Positions 36,396-45,589 of a DNA stretch of 64,000 bases are shown one piece after another; the first letter of the stretch is position 1; every line of letters starts with the position of its first letter. The notes beneath the pieces were generated by a model. It had not been told where the DNA came from, did no database searches, and was given only the letters and a program-made list of their open reading frames with translations. Both the position numbers and the translations under genes were made by a program. Location of the stretch: NCBI RefSeq assembly GCF_041248615.1, contig NZ_CP158426.1; one strand, given 5' to 3'. Source of the DNA: Escherichia coli (lineage in GTDB: Bacteria > Pseudomonadota > Gammaproteobacteria > Enterobacterales > Enterobacteriaceae).

Positions 36396-36992
36396 ATGGC
36401 TGTAATTCCAATGTCTTACTCCCCTGCTACTGTAGCTCGTCGTTTTTCGATACTGGATGGAGTAACTATTCAGGGCGTGCTTTACCAGATCATCTGGGAT
36501 CCAAAGACTCCGTTTGCTGCGGTAATCGAAGCTGCACCTTCTGTTATTGATGGTGATGTTCGCCATAAGGTTGTTGCCACTCTGGAGCTTCAGCGTCGTC
36601 CCCGGCTTGAAGGCGTGTTTGTCCAGAAATTCTGGGAAGAACAGGATGTTGCTCAGATTGAAGGGATTGTTGTCGATGGCGCTGTACGTGATGTTGGTCT
36701 TGCAACGTTTGTTTATGAAACGATAGTCACAAAAGCGGGCGTTGTACTATTAAGTGATAACGAGCAATATGAAGGAGGTAAAGCTCTCTGGCAGCATATT
36801 GCGCGTCGTTCAACGAATCTGAAGGTGTTTATTTTAGATACTGATTCCGCACGGTATTACCCGTTTGATGGCGAACGGATCAGTTATGACGGGAAAAGCA
36901 TCCCGGAATCAGAAATCTGGAGTGAACATCCTGAGCGAAACAGACACGCTGTCGTTCTTGTGGCTGAATCTGTTAATGGTAAAGCCGCATAA
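36396..36992 (+). CDS. hypothetical protein (possible GNAT-like fold, unverified)
   Basis: 198 aa from the ATG with AGAGGGGA ribosome-binding site (ORF track starts 10 codons earlier at GTG); segment IEGIVVDGAVRDVGLATFVYETIV loosely resembles GNAT motif A; no confident family assignment. Confidence 0.5.
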   Translation: MAVIPMSYSPATVARRFSILDGVTIQGVLYQIIWDPKTPFAAVIEAAPSVIDGDVRHKVVATLELQRRPRLEGVFVQKFWEEQDVAQIEGIVVDGAVRDVGLATFVYETIVTKAGVVLLSDNEQYEGGKALWQHIARRSTNLKVFILDTDSARYYPFDGERISYDGKSIPESEIWSEHPERNRHAVVLVAESVNGKAA

Positions 36993-37074
36993 TTTGCTGA
37001 GTGTCTCATTTTTTGAGATCTTGCTGGAAAGTCTCCTTTGGGGATAGCGAACTGCTATCCCCTTTCTCAGTGAG

Positions 37075-38679
37075 TTACTGTTCGACCAGACATTTTCCCC
37101 ATAAAGGTCGTATCGAGTATCTATCTTCGCTATATGGATTTATTTTATTTTTTTCCCTCTGTGCTATCAGCAACGTGTCGATCTCATCCTTAATAATGTG
37201 TTGAACTGCTTGACGGTAACGGTTAAGCGAAGTGTCACTGATATCTTGTGGAAGTTGTAGACTGCCATCTGCCTTGACAAGTTCATTCACACCATCTTTA
37301 ATTCTGCGTCCCTGACCATCAGGTATACCTTCATTCAGATCATAGCCTTTTAGTCCTGCAAGACGAATATTCACGTCAATCTTTTCTGTACGTATCTTTT
37401 TGTTACTTACCAACAGAATTTTATTGGCGTTATACCATTTTTCAAATATTTCCAGTTGTTTCATGATGTTTGTGAAGTTATTCAGTTCGCTCCTGAATTC
37501 AATAGATTTTCTAATTTTACGCTCTTTTGCATCAATGTTTATTCCTGGATAATTTATTTCCATTTTTAACGGTTCTGTGTATGCCTGTTGCAGGCAATCA
37601 GCAAGATTCATTGCTGCATCCTGCAGGGTATTGGTATAAATCAGTTTCAGAAGTTCATCACGCTGTATAGTGATTTGACAATAGTCTTTTTCCCATGCGG
37701 TGGTGTTTTCAATCGTGTCACTTTCATCGGAAATAATTGTTGTGAACTTCCAGGTGTAACGAATAAAATCATTTCCTTTAAAATATTGCACTAATTTATT
37801 TAACCATTCATATATTTCCAGAGCATAAAGTTTAACGTATCCATCATATATTATCTTTGTTGCATTTTTGTTGGCTAGCGAAAACATTTTGTCCACGAAT
37901 TCTGTACGCCCGATTGTTAGCAATTGTTTTCTAAGTTTACTCACATCGTTAGTATCTGGTTTCTCACAATTCCAGGGACTTTTGTATTCATTTTCAAAAG
38001 GAGAAAGCCATTCAGGAATCTCTGTTTCTGAGTGATAGCAGTTGTTAATAGCCAAACCAAGGGTTCTGGCAAGTATCGCTGATTCATCAATTTGATGGTA
38101 TCGGTTCAGTTGTTCCAGTAATTCTTTAGTACATGAGTGCGCAACAGAAAGATCCTGATGGCAATATCCTTGTCGAACCAGAGCGGGAAGTGGTGAGCAA
38201 TGAGCTTTACAATCTGTCAGAATATTGAACAAATCGTTTCTGACGAATTCTTCCATCTCAGGTGTTTTCCAGCCACCACTATTTTGGCCGACAAATTTTG
38301 CTGTTGGTTCCCTGTTCATATCTCCCCAGGTTTTCAGGCTGACGAGTCTGTTATCAAAACCATTGTATAAATGGCACATAACCTGAAAAGCAGCATACAG
38401 ATCTTTAGATAGTGGATTATCGGTCTCACTTATGGAGTAGTTCTCTCTGTTTTTCTCTAAAATACTTTGGAGTTTTGTGTTAGCGCGTAATGCCGAGAGA
38501 ATCCGATGTTGTTCATCAAACCAAGGACGATATTCTGGATCCAGATACAATCTGCGTGCTTTGAAAATGAGTAGAAGCAACTGTTCGGAAACAGCTTCAT
38601 GTATGTGGGGAAACGGCATGGAGGTGCCGGATAAAACACGATAGTACGGGTGGTTTGTTTTTACCTTTTTAGTTACCAT
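37075..38679 (-). CDS. hypothetical protein, 534 aa, no recognisable domain
   Basis: Long uninterrupted ORF in an AT-rich segment flanked by long AT-rich non-coding DNA; no Walker A motif; one Rx4H element (RQGYCH) is insufficient for a HEPN call. Confidence 0.6.
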   Translation of the reverse strand: MVTKKVKTNHPYYRVLSGTSMPFPHIHEAVSEQLLLLIFKARRLYLDPEYRPWFDEQHRILSALRANTKLQSILEKNRENYSISETDNPLSKDLYAAFQVMCHLYNGFDNRLVSLKTWGDMNREPTAKFVGQNSGGWKTPEMEEFVRNDLFNILTDCKAHCSPLPALVRQGYCHQDLSVAHSCTKELLEQLNRYHQIDESAILARTLGLAINNCYHSETEIPEWLSPFENEYKSPWNCEKPDTNDVSKLRKQLLTIGRTEFVDKMFSLANKNATKIIYDGYVKLYALEIYEWLNKLVQYFKGNDFIRYTWKFTTIISDESDTIENTTAWEKDYCQITIQRDELLKLIYTNTLQDAAMNLADCLQQAYTEPLKMEINYPGINIDAKERKIRKSIEFRSELNNFTNIMKQLEIFEKWYNANKILLVSNKKIRTEKIDVNIRLAGLKGYDLNEGIPDGQGRRIKDGVNELVKADGSLQLPQDISDTSLNRYRQAVQHIIKDEIDTLLIAQREKNKINPYSEDRYSIRPLWGKCLVEQ

Positions 38680-39458
38680 AATGTTAAATTCTTCCGTCTA
38701 TTGCATAGCTGTTTCCAGTAGAGAAACTTGATACAGTCCTTTGTCAGGACATTGATACAGAGTTAACAGCCTCTACGAAATGGGAATCAGTTATGCAGTG
38801 GCATTATACGATGCTGAATCTAATACGATATCCTTAGCGTTTATTCCTGATTTTTTTACGAGCATTCCCTTTTGTTGCATATTGCTCAGGACGCAAATGA
38901 TTTTACGGTTATAGCCCTCTACAGTCACGTCACTTTCATCTGAAAATATGTATCGTTTTCATTCAATTATTATCTTTTGTCTGCACTTTAGCTTTAGAAA
39001 GTTGGCAAAAATCAACTCCCTCTTACAAGTTCTATTATCGCCAGAAGATAATTTTGTGAACTTCGTCACGTTTTCAAACTAATGTTGTGGGGGCTTTTCT
39101 GGGGAGAATTTTTGGTCACTACCCCTCCTCTTGATATCATAGATTATAACAAGATTTTTTTTGTTTTTGTCTGCATAAAATAACCTACGAATATTGTGAT
39201 TTTGATTTTTATTTTGTATACCAAAAAGCATTGTTTAAGTTATTTTTATATTGTGACTTTCTTTGTTGTTATTGTGTTATTAGAAGTCAGTTAATTAAAT
39301 CATTTCTCGCAATTTGATTTCTTGGTTGTGCAAATGTATTGTTTTGCTCGTGAGTTGCTGGTGCTGTTCAACAGCATACCACTACAGATAGATGTAGTGA
39401 TTTGAGCAGCTCACATGCATATACAATCTGAAAATCATGAATATATAAGGAGAGCAAT

Positions 39459-39686
39459 ATGTGGAAGCCGTTAAGAGATGAGAACCGTTTATCAATTTTG
39501 AAGATCTATGGATACACCTGTGACAGACTGGTACGAGAAAAGGAACGCCAGAAAATTACGTCTATTTCTCGTTCACAAGCCTGGAAACTGGAACGTGAAG
39601 GAAAATTCCCGCCACGTAAAACTATTGGAAAGAAATCCTGTGGGTGGTTATTAAGTGATCTATTGTGGTGGATTAGTCAGTATTAA
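39459..39686 (+). CDS. AlpA-family phage/island transcriptional regulator
   Basis: 75 aa; pattern RLV...ISRSQAW.LEREGKFP...GKKSCGW fits the AlpA (prophage CP4-57 regulatory) fold; ribosome-binding site TAAGGAGAG. Confidence 0.75.
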   Translation: MWKPLRDENRLSILKIYGYTCDRLVREKERQKITSISRSQAWKLEREGKFPPRKTIGKKSCGWLLSDLLWWISQY

Positions 39687-39748
39687 CCTTATAGTATCAG
39701 AATAATATATATTTCTATATTTTAATTTTATAATTAAAAAGGAGTTTC

Positions 39749-40495
39749 ATGATGAAACGTGTCTCTTTCTCTCTTGCAGAAACATATGAAGCTGATGTAA
39801 TTAAAAAGTATCAGCATTTAAAAAAATGCTCATTTTCAGCAGCGATTAAAGAGTGTTTAAAGCTAGGGGCTCCTGTTTTAAACAGGATAAATGAAAATAT
39901 TGCTGCTATAACTGATATAGAGGATAAGCTACGTCAGTTTTTTAATGAGGAACCATTTGTGCAACGGACAAAGCCTGAAATAACAAAAGGAGAGTTTTTT
40001 CATAGCATTTATAAATCGCATATCAAATATGAATATGATGTTCTCGATAGAAAGATATTTCCTCATGAAAGCACCAGAAATGCTATGGGAGTTGCAGAGA
40101 AAAAGGGAATTAAAGAGAATGCGACCTTAATGCTGGAATATTATAAAGTTGAGAAGGCAATTTGTATTTACACGAACAGAAAAGTTTCCCATACCCTGAA
40201 TCGTGCAGGAGGGTTTTATAAAACCATTCTGATTAAAACCAGTGTTTTTGGGGATTATTTTTTTGACTTTTGCAATTCAGTTTGCCTGCCGATAGATGAG
40301 TTGATTGAGTATGGTACGAAAGAAACAGTGAGGCGACATCAGATTCGTAGTACAGGATTTTGTACTTTTCATATTCCGATTTTTTATATCAATAATAAGG
40401 CTGTAATAGTGCCTGTTCTGAGAACAGAGGAAGTTTCACAAAGTTCCAGAACAGGTGGAGATGTTATTATTATTAACCCATTTGAAGATGAATGA
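39749..40495 (+). CDS. hypothetical protein
   Basis: 248 aa, AT-rich codon usage, ribosome-binding site AAAAGGAG; no family recognised. Confidence 0.55.
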   Translation: MMKRVSFSLAETYEADVIKKYQHLKKCSFSAAIKECLKLGAPVLNRINENIAAITDIEDKLRQFFNEEPFVQRTKPEITKGEFFHSIYKSHIKYEYDVLDRKIFPHESTRNAMGVAEKKGIKENATLMLEYYKVEKAICIYTNRKVSHTLNRAGGFYKTILIKTSVFGDYFFDFCNSVCLPIDELIEYGTKETVRRHQIRSTGFCTFHIPIFYINNKAVIVPVLRTEEVSQSSRTGGDVIIINPFEDE

Positions 40496-40716
40496 TTATG
40501 GCCCGCGTAGATTTATTCATAACCCAGAAATCGTGGTGTAAATGATGAACAGAAACCGCTTTCTGAGGTTAAAGAGAGCAATCATTACCCGGGAGTGGCC
40601 AACTCTTTTATCGAGTACTTTTCCGATGTATCTGGAGAGCCTCCCTTAGAAAAGAGTAATGCGACTCAGGAAAAAACAGGTTCAATAATTAATTCATGAC
40701 ACCAGTTTGAGGCATT

Positions 40717-41277
40717 ATGGCGAGTTTTGCATACATAGACTCTGAAAAATGGTCAAAACTTAATCGCTTAAAATCCATGATTCAGAGATATTTTAAAGAA
40801 CCACTATTGCAGTTAACAGGCGAATTGGGTCGCCCGGATTATACTCTGGCAGACAGAAAACGGTTAGTTCGACTCCTGACGCAGGATATGCAAAGGGGTG
40901 ATATTCTGATTACTAAATCGTTAACTTGTTTTGGTAATACGCCGGAAAAAATACAGGAGGTTTTATCTTTAAGTATCAGACAAGGTATTAATATTTGCTT
41001 TTTTACGTCATCAGAGTTGCCGGATGGTGATGATATTCCTGTGGTACTCACCGGGATGATTTTACCTACAGATATTAGAGGAAAAATTCCCGACATCAGT
41101 ATCCGGAAAATTAAAAGAAAACCAGGAAGGAAAGAAGGGAGTATTCATAGTAAAAATATCAGACAGTTGAAATTGCAGGGGTTCAGTCAGTCACAAACAG
41201 CCAGAAAATTAAGCATCAGTTTATCCACTGTAAAAAGACACTGGGATAAAGGTATTGTTGATCTAACTGCAGAGTAA
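40717..41277 (+). CDS. hypothetical protein with C-terminal resolvase/invertase-type HTH
   Basis: 186 aa; C-terminus QGFSQSQTARKLSISLSTVKRHW resembles the HTH of serine recombinases; the N-terminal region lacks an obvious catalytic serine motif, so likely a regulator or degenerate recombinase. Confidence 0.5.
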   Translation: MASFAYIDSEKWSKLNRLKSMIQRYFKEPLLQLTGELGRPDYTLADRKRLVRLLTQDMQRGDILITKSLTCFGNTPEKIQEVLSLSIRQGINICFFTSSELPDGDDIPVVLTGMILPTDIRGKIPDISIRKIKRKPGRKEGSIHSKNIRQLKLQGFSQSQTARKLSISLSTVKRHWDKGIVDLTAE

Positions 41278-41473
41278 CATTTTATAGTCCTTGTAGCTAT
41301 TGGCAATGGAGTTATAAATACATGTGCGTTGGATAGGTAATATATATTATATCTGTGATGTATAGTATATGTGTAATGATGGATATGATGTACTAATAGA
41401 GCTAATGGTATTCTGATACCAAATAATTAGTTGTGTGTAGATCATAACTCTGTTTAATGTTTTAGAACGTTCT

Positions 41474-41558
41474 AATGTAACTGTGTAACATCATCCTGTT
41501 CTCTAATGTAACAATAGGCAGTAGCGTTTTTCTTAATTGACGCCCAGAGGGTTATATA
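41474..41558. repeat. intergenic repeats: direct repeat TCTAATGTAAC x2 and perfect palindrome CCCAGAGGG-TTATATAT-CCCTCTGGG
   Basis: Read directly in the 380-bp AT-rich gap upstream of the first YagK/YfjJ-like gene; coordinates approximate. Confidence 0.45.
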
Positions 41559-41658
41559 TCCCTCTGGGAACTACTGATACGAATATTAATATCTGCTTCT
41601 GTTGTGTATTGGGTAGGTTAACTATTAGCTTATCTCTGAAAGCAAAAGGAATATTAAC

Positions 41659-42273
41659 ATGATTACGATTGAAACTCTTTACGGTGAATGTCATGAGGCT
41701 CACGGGTTAAAAATAAGAAACCAGGTGAATAACCTCTTCCAGAAACATCCCAGAATAACGGCAATACGGGTGGATCTCCATTATCCTCCCGTGATTGACA
41801 ACGGGGATACCATTACCTGTTTTCCTAACCTGAGTCCCGGAGAGATATCTCGTTTCCGTAACTCGCTGAATGCGAAAATTAATGCAGATCAACACCGTAA
41901 AAAACAACAAGGCAAACGCACCTACGCAACGTCGGTTTGTATTATCTGGGCGAAAGAATATACGCAGTCCTTTAAATGTCATTATCACGTCTGCCTTTTT
42001 TTTAACAAAGACGCCTATTACCACCTGGGAGACTATGAGCGCTCTGACACCCTGAGAGGGTTAATTACCGGAGCCTGGTACAGTGCCTTAGGGTTAGAAC
42101 TGGAAGATCACCAGGGACTAGTTCATTTCCCTGCTAATGGACGTTACATCCTGGATATTAACGATCCTGATTTCCCTGAGCAATATCAGCGCTTATTGGC
42201 ACGTCTGGATTATCTGACGAAGCTCGACACTAAAGCATCAGGCCAGCGTAACTTTGGCTACAGCGGTTTTTGA
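41659..42273 (+). CDS. YagK/YfjJ-family protein (Inovirus Gp2-like domain)
   Basis: 204 aa; architecture and motifs (…HYHVCLFFNKDAYYHLG…) typical of the YagK/YfjJ family common in CP4-like islands; ribosome-binding site AAAAGGA. Confidence 0.55.
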   Translation: MITIETLYGECHEAHGLKIRNQVNNLFQKHPRITAIRVDLHYPPVIDNGDTITCFPNLSPGEISRFRNSLNAKINADQHRKKQQGKRTYATSVCIIWAKEYTQSFKCHYHVCLFFNKDAYYHLGDYERSDTLRGLITGAWYSALGLELEDHQGLVHFPANGRYILDINDPDFPEQYQRLLARLDYLTKLDTKASGQRNFGYSGF

Positions 42274-42300
42274 CCTATTGTAACTGTAAGGTGATTTATT

Positions 42301-42867
42301 ATGTATACAGAATCAAACGTTAAGCTTTCCTGTAACGCCCTCTGGCAAAAGTATGTCCTTGCAACTCTGTATCGGGCTGCAGCTACACATCCTAAAATTA
42401 AATTATTACAATTTAAATTAATACCTTGCCCAGGTATGAACAAGGCAATTCCCTCTCTGATGGCTGATTTTACTGGTGAACTGCATAGACTAATTTCTGA
42501 ATATTTGCAGTGCAAGCGACGTAAAGATAAATCTGTTGAGCCCGCCCCTTTATATTATCTCTGGAGTAGGGAAGCTGTGGCTAACGATACCACTCCTTAT
42601 CTTATGGTACTGCTACTTAATAACGATGTCTGGTGTAAGAGTCGTGAGGTGGTGGCTCTCAGAAATCTGATTGAGCAGGCGTGGGGAAAAGTATTGGGTG
42701 AAGATAACTCCATTACACATCTGGTTGTGTATCCTGAAGTGCTGTCGTTGGTATTTGATGCAGCTAACACATACAACGCTGAGCCTGGTGTACTGGAACA
42801 GACGGCCCAGGCTTACATTGAATCGCATGGTGCCATTGAACGTCATCTTGGGTGTAGTGACTTTTAA
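42301..42867 (+). CDS. YagK/YfjJ-like paralogue (divergent)
   Basis: 188 aa; similar length and motif spacing to the preceding gene (…PYLMVLLLNNDVWCKS…); followed by hairpin AGGGCCTTTCGCTGAGAGGCCCT. Confidence 0.45.
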   Translation: MYTESNVKLSCNALWQKYVLATLYRAAATHPKIKLLQFKLIPCPGMNKAIPSLMADFTGELHRLISEYLQCKRRKDKSVEPAPLYYLWSREAVANDTTPYLMVLLLNNDVWCKSREVVALRNLIEQAWGKVLGEDNSITHLVVYPEVLSLVFDAANTYNAEPGVLEQTAQAYIESHGAIERHLGCSDF

Positions 42868-42974
42868 CGACGTCAGGTGATGCATAAGGGCCTTTCGCTG
42901 AGAGGCCCTGTTTACACAATTAAATAAGTCGAGCCCGACCAGCAATTTTGACGTTGACGGCAGGATTATTGAGG

Positions 42975-43062
42975 GGCAATCAATGTGTTCTTCGGCAGCG
43001 ATTACGGTAGTGAACGGACCTGCTGTCTGAATGGTATCGATCCGCAAGCGTATCTGCGCCAT
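42975..43062 (+). pseudogene. IS66-family transposase C-terminal remnant, truncated by IS2
   Basis: Translation FGSDYGSERTCCLNGIDPQAYLRH matches the conserved …CKLNGIDPxAYL… region of IS66-family transposases; reading frame is cut at the IS2 end at 43063. Confidence 0.4.
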
Positions 43063-44151
43063 TGGATTTGCCCCTATATTTCCAGACACCTGTTATCACT
43101 TAACCCATTACTGGCCCGCTGCCGTAGATATTCCCGTGGCGAGCGATAACCCAGTGCACTATGCGGATGCCATTCGTTATAATGCTCGAACGCCTCTGCA
43201 AGGTTCTTTGCTGCCGTTAACCCGTCTGGTTTGGGCATGATACTGATGTAATCACGCTTTATCGTTTTCACGAAGCTCTCTGCTATGCCGTTACTCTCCG
43301 GACTCCGCACCGCCGTGTTCTTCGGTTCAAGTCCCAGCATCCGGGCGAACTGGCGTGTTTCATTAGCCCGGTAGCATGAACCATTATCCGTCAGCCACTC
43401 CACTGGAGATGTCGGAAGCTCGCTGCCGAAGCGGCGTTCCACCGCTCCCAGCATGACGTCCTGTACTGTTTCACTGTCGAAGCCGCCCGTAGTGACCGCC
43501 CAGTGCAGTGCCTCACGGTCACAGCAGTCCAGCGCGAACGTGACCCCCAGTTTTTCTCCGTTATCACAGCGGAACTCGAACCCGTCAGAGCACCATCGTT
43601 GATTGCTTTCTTTCACGGCCACTTTGCCAGTATGTGCCCGTTTCGATGGCGGTACAGCGGTTTTTCGCTCAAGCAACAGCGCATTCTGGCGCATGATCCG
43701 GTAAACACGTTTGGCATTGATAGCAGGCATACCATCAAGTTCGGCCTGTCTGCGAAGCAGCGCCCATACCCGACGATAACCATACGTGGGCAGCTCTCCG
43801 ATAACATGGTGTATACGGAGAAGCACATCCGTATCATCTGAGTGACGGCTGCGGCGACCATCTTTCCAGTCATCGGTTCGTCTGAGAATGACGTGCAACT
43901 GCGCACGCGACACCCGGAGACAACGGCTGACTAAGCTTACTCCCCATCCCCGGGCAACAAGGGAGACCGTCATTCCCGGTTCAAAGCTCTGCTGAACAAT
44001 AGCGATCTTTTCCTGTGTAGTACGCCGTCTGCGTTTCTCCGGCCCTAAGACATCAATCATCTGTTCTCCAATGACTAGTCTAGAAACTAGTATTAAGACT
44101 ATCACTTATTTAAGTGATATTGATTGTCTGGAGATTCAGGGGGCCAGTCTA
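43063..44151 (-). mobile_element. IS2 copy with internal deletion of about 240 bp (1089 bp versus 1331 bp canonical)
   Basis: Both IS2 termini recognised (TGGATTTGCCCCTATATTTCCAGACA at 43063; GGGGGCCAGTCTA ending 44151); the 5 bp flanking the two ends differ (GCCAT versus TATAT), so no target-site duplication. Confidence 0.8.
43074..44105 (-). CDS. IS2 transposase, in-frame InsC-InsD fusion created by the internal deletion
   Basis: N-terminal 37 aa equal InsC ([36 protein letters not shown]); the remainder equals InsD ([21 protein letters not shown]…DNRCLEI). Confidence 0.8.
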   Translation of the reverse strand: MIVLILVSRLVIGEQMIDVLGPEKRRRRTTQEKIAIVQQSFEPGMTVSLVARGWGVSLVSRCLRVSRAQLHVILRRTDDWKDGRRSRHSDDTDVLLRIHHVIGELPTYGYRRVWALLRRQAELDGMPAINAKRVYRIMRQNALLLERKTAVPPSKRAHTGKVAVKESNQRWCSDGFEFRCDNGEKLGVTFALDCCDREALHWAVTTGGFDSETVQDVMLGAVERRFGSELPTSPVEWLTDNGSCYRANETRQFARMLGLEPKNTAVRSPESNGIAESFVKTIKRDYISIMPKPDGLTAAKNLAEAFEHYNEWHPHSALGYRSPREYLRQRASNGLSDNRCLEI

Positions 44152-44485
44152 TATATCAATTAATCATTAGTTTAAAAGCTTGTTCAACTGCATACATCAT
44201 TAGCGTTTAAGCCAGTGAACAGGAAGTTTACTGGCTTAATTACAGTAATATAGTGTATCGCTATGCTCACTGAGTCTTAGATCTCCACCGTCGGTCTAAT
44301 ATTCGCACTCCTGCTAACAACCGGTAATCAAATCGTCCTCCGGTATTGAAAGTTAATACACAAATCAGGATGATGGAGGCTCATACTGGTACAGCGCGAC
44401 CACTTATGCAGGCGTCTCTGTCAGGTTTGTTGCCCGGATCACCCGCATCAGGGACAGGGCTGTTCAGTTATCCGCAGGAGAAAAT

Positions 44486-45496
44486 ATGTCACTCAAGGCT
44501 ATCGCCGCCGAACTCGGGATCTCTGTCACCACAGTCAGCCGGGCGCTTGGCGGATTTTCGGACGTTTCCGCTTCGACCCGTGCACGTGTAGAAGCGGAAG
44601 CTCGGCGTCGTGGTTATCGCCCGAATACCCTGGCAAGACGTCTCAAAACCGGTAAAACCGATGCGGTCGGCCTGGTCTTCCCTGAACATGCTGTACTGTT
44701 CAGCAGTAGTGTGTTTGTGGATATGGTCAGTTGTATCAGCCGGGAACTGGCCCGCCATGATATTGACTTACTGCTGATAGCCGATGATGAACGGGCTGAC
44801 AGCCACAGCTATATGCGTCTGGTCGAAAGCCGCCGGGTTGATGCCCTTATCGTGGCGCACACGATGGATAATGACCCGCGTCTTACACACCTGCAGGAGG
44901 CCGGTATTCCGTTTCTGGCACTCGGTCAGGTGCCGTCCGGTCTTCCCTGTGCCTGGTTTGACTTTGATAACCATGCAGGAACCTGGCAGGCCACACAGCA
45001 CCTGATTGCCCTGGGCCATCAGCGAATTGCCCTGCTGAGTGAGGACAACTCCCGTGCCTATGTCACTGCACGACGTCAGGGATGGCGCGATGCCCTGAGT
45101 GAACATGGTCTGCCTGAGACCTGGCTACGCCGGGTCTCTCCCACCCGACGCTCAGGTTTCCAGGCAGTGACTGAGTTAATGTCACTTCCGCTTCCCCCGA
45201 CGGCCATTATTACCGACAGTGACCTGATCGGTGATGGCGCGGCCATGTCGCTGCAGTTATCCGGTCATCTGTCCGGAGAGGATGCCGTCTCTCTTGTGGT
45301 TTATGATGGTCTGCCGCAGGACAGTATTATTGAACAGGATGTGGCTGCAGTTCTTCAGTCAACACGACATCGCGTCGGTCGTCAGATTGCCGACATGATA
45401 CGCCAGCTGGTCACGAATGTTTCACCTGAAATGCTACAAGTACTCTGGCAGCCGGAATTTCATCCTGGCAAGACAACGCTTGCTCCCTCCGCCTGA
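44486..45496 (+). CDS. rafR: LacI-family repressor of the raffinose operon (RafR-like)
   Basis: 336 aa with N-terminal HTH MSLKAIAAELGISVTTVSRAL; directly upstream of alpha-galactosidase, permease and invertase genes. Confidence 0.75.
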   Translation: MSLKAIAAELGISVTTVSRALGGFSDVSASTRARVEAEARRRGYRPNTLARRLKTGKTDAVGLVFPEHAVLFSSSVFVDMVSCISRELARHDIDLLLIADDERADSHSYMRLVESRRVDALIVAHTMDNDPRLTHLQEAGIPFLALGQVPSGLPCAWFDFDNHAGTWQATQHLIALGHQRIALLSEDNSRAYVTARRQGWRDALSEHGLPETWLRRVSPTRRSGFQAVTELMSLPLPPTAIITDSDLIGDGAAMSLQLSGHLSGEDAVSLVVYDGLPQDSIIEQDVAAVLQSTRHRVGRQIADMIRQLVTNVSPEMLQVLWQPEFHPGKTTLAPSA

Positions 45497-45515
45497 TTTT
45501 TAATCCCGCTCACAA

Positions 45516-45554
45516 ATTCGAATCGTTTCGGTTGCTATCCGAAACGATTCGGAT
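45516..45554. promoter_or_regulatory. near-perfect 16-bp inverted repeat (candidate RafR operator pair) upstream of rafA
   Basis: ATTCGAATCGTTTCGG - 7 bp - CCGAAACGATTCGGAT, located 35-75 bp before the rafA start. Confidence 0.5.
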
Positions 45555-45589
45555 CAACAGTAAGGCATACCCGAAAACGGAGATGTCTT

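Noticed and set aside
37075-38679. Assigning the 534-aa protein to HEPN or another defence nuclease family on the basis of the RQGYCH (Rx4H) element
   Set aside because: A single short motif occurrence is expected by chance in a protein this long; without profile or structural support the protein is left as uncharacterised.
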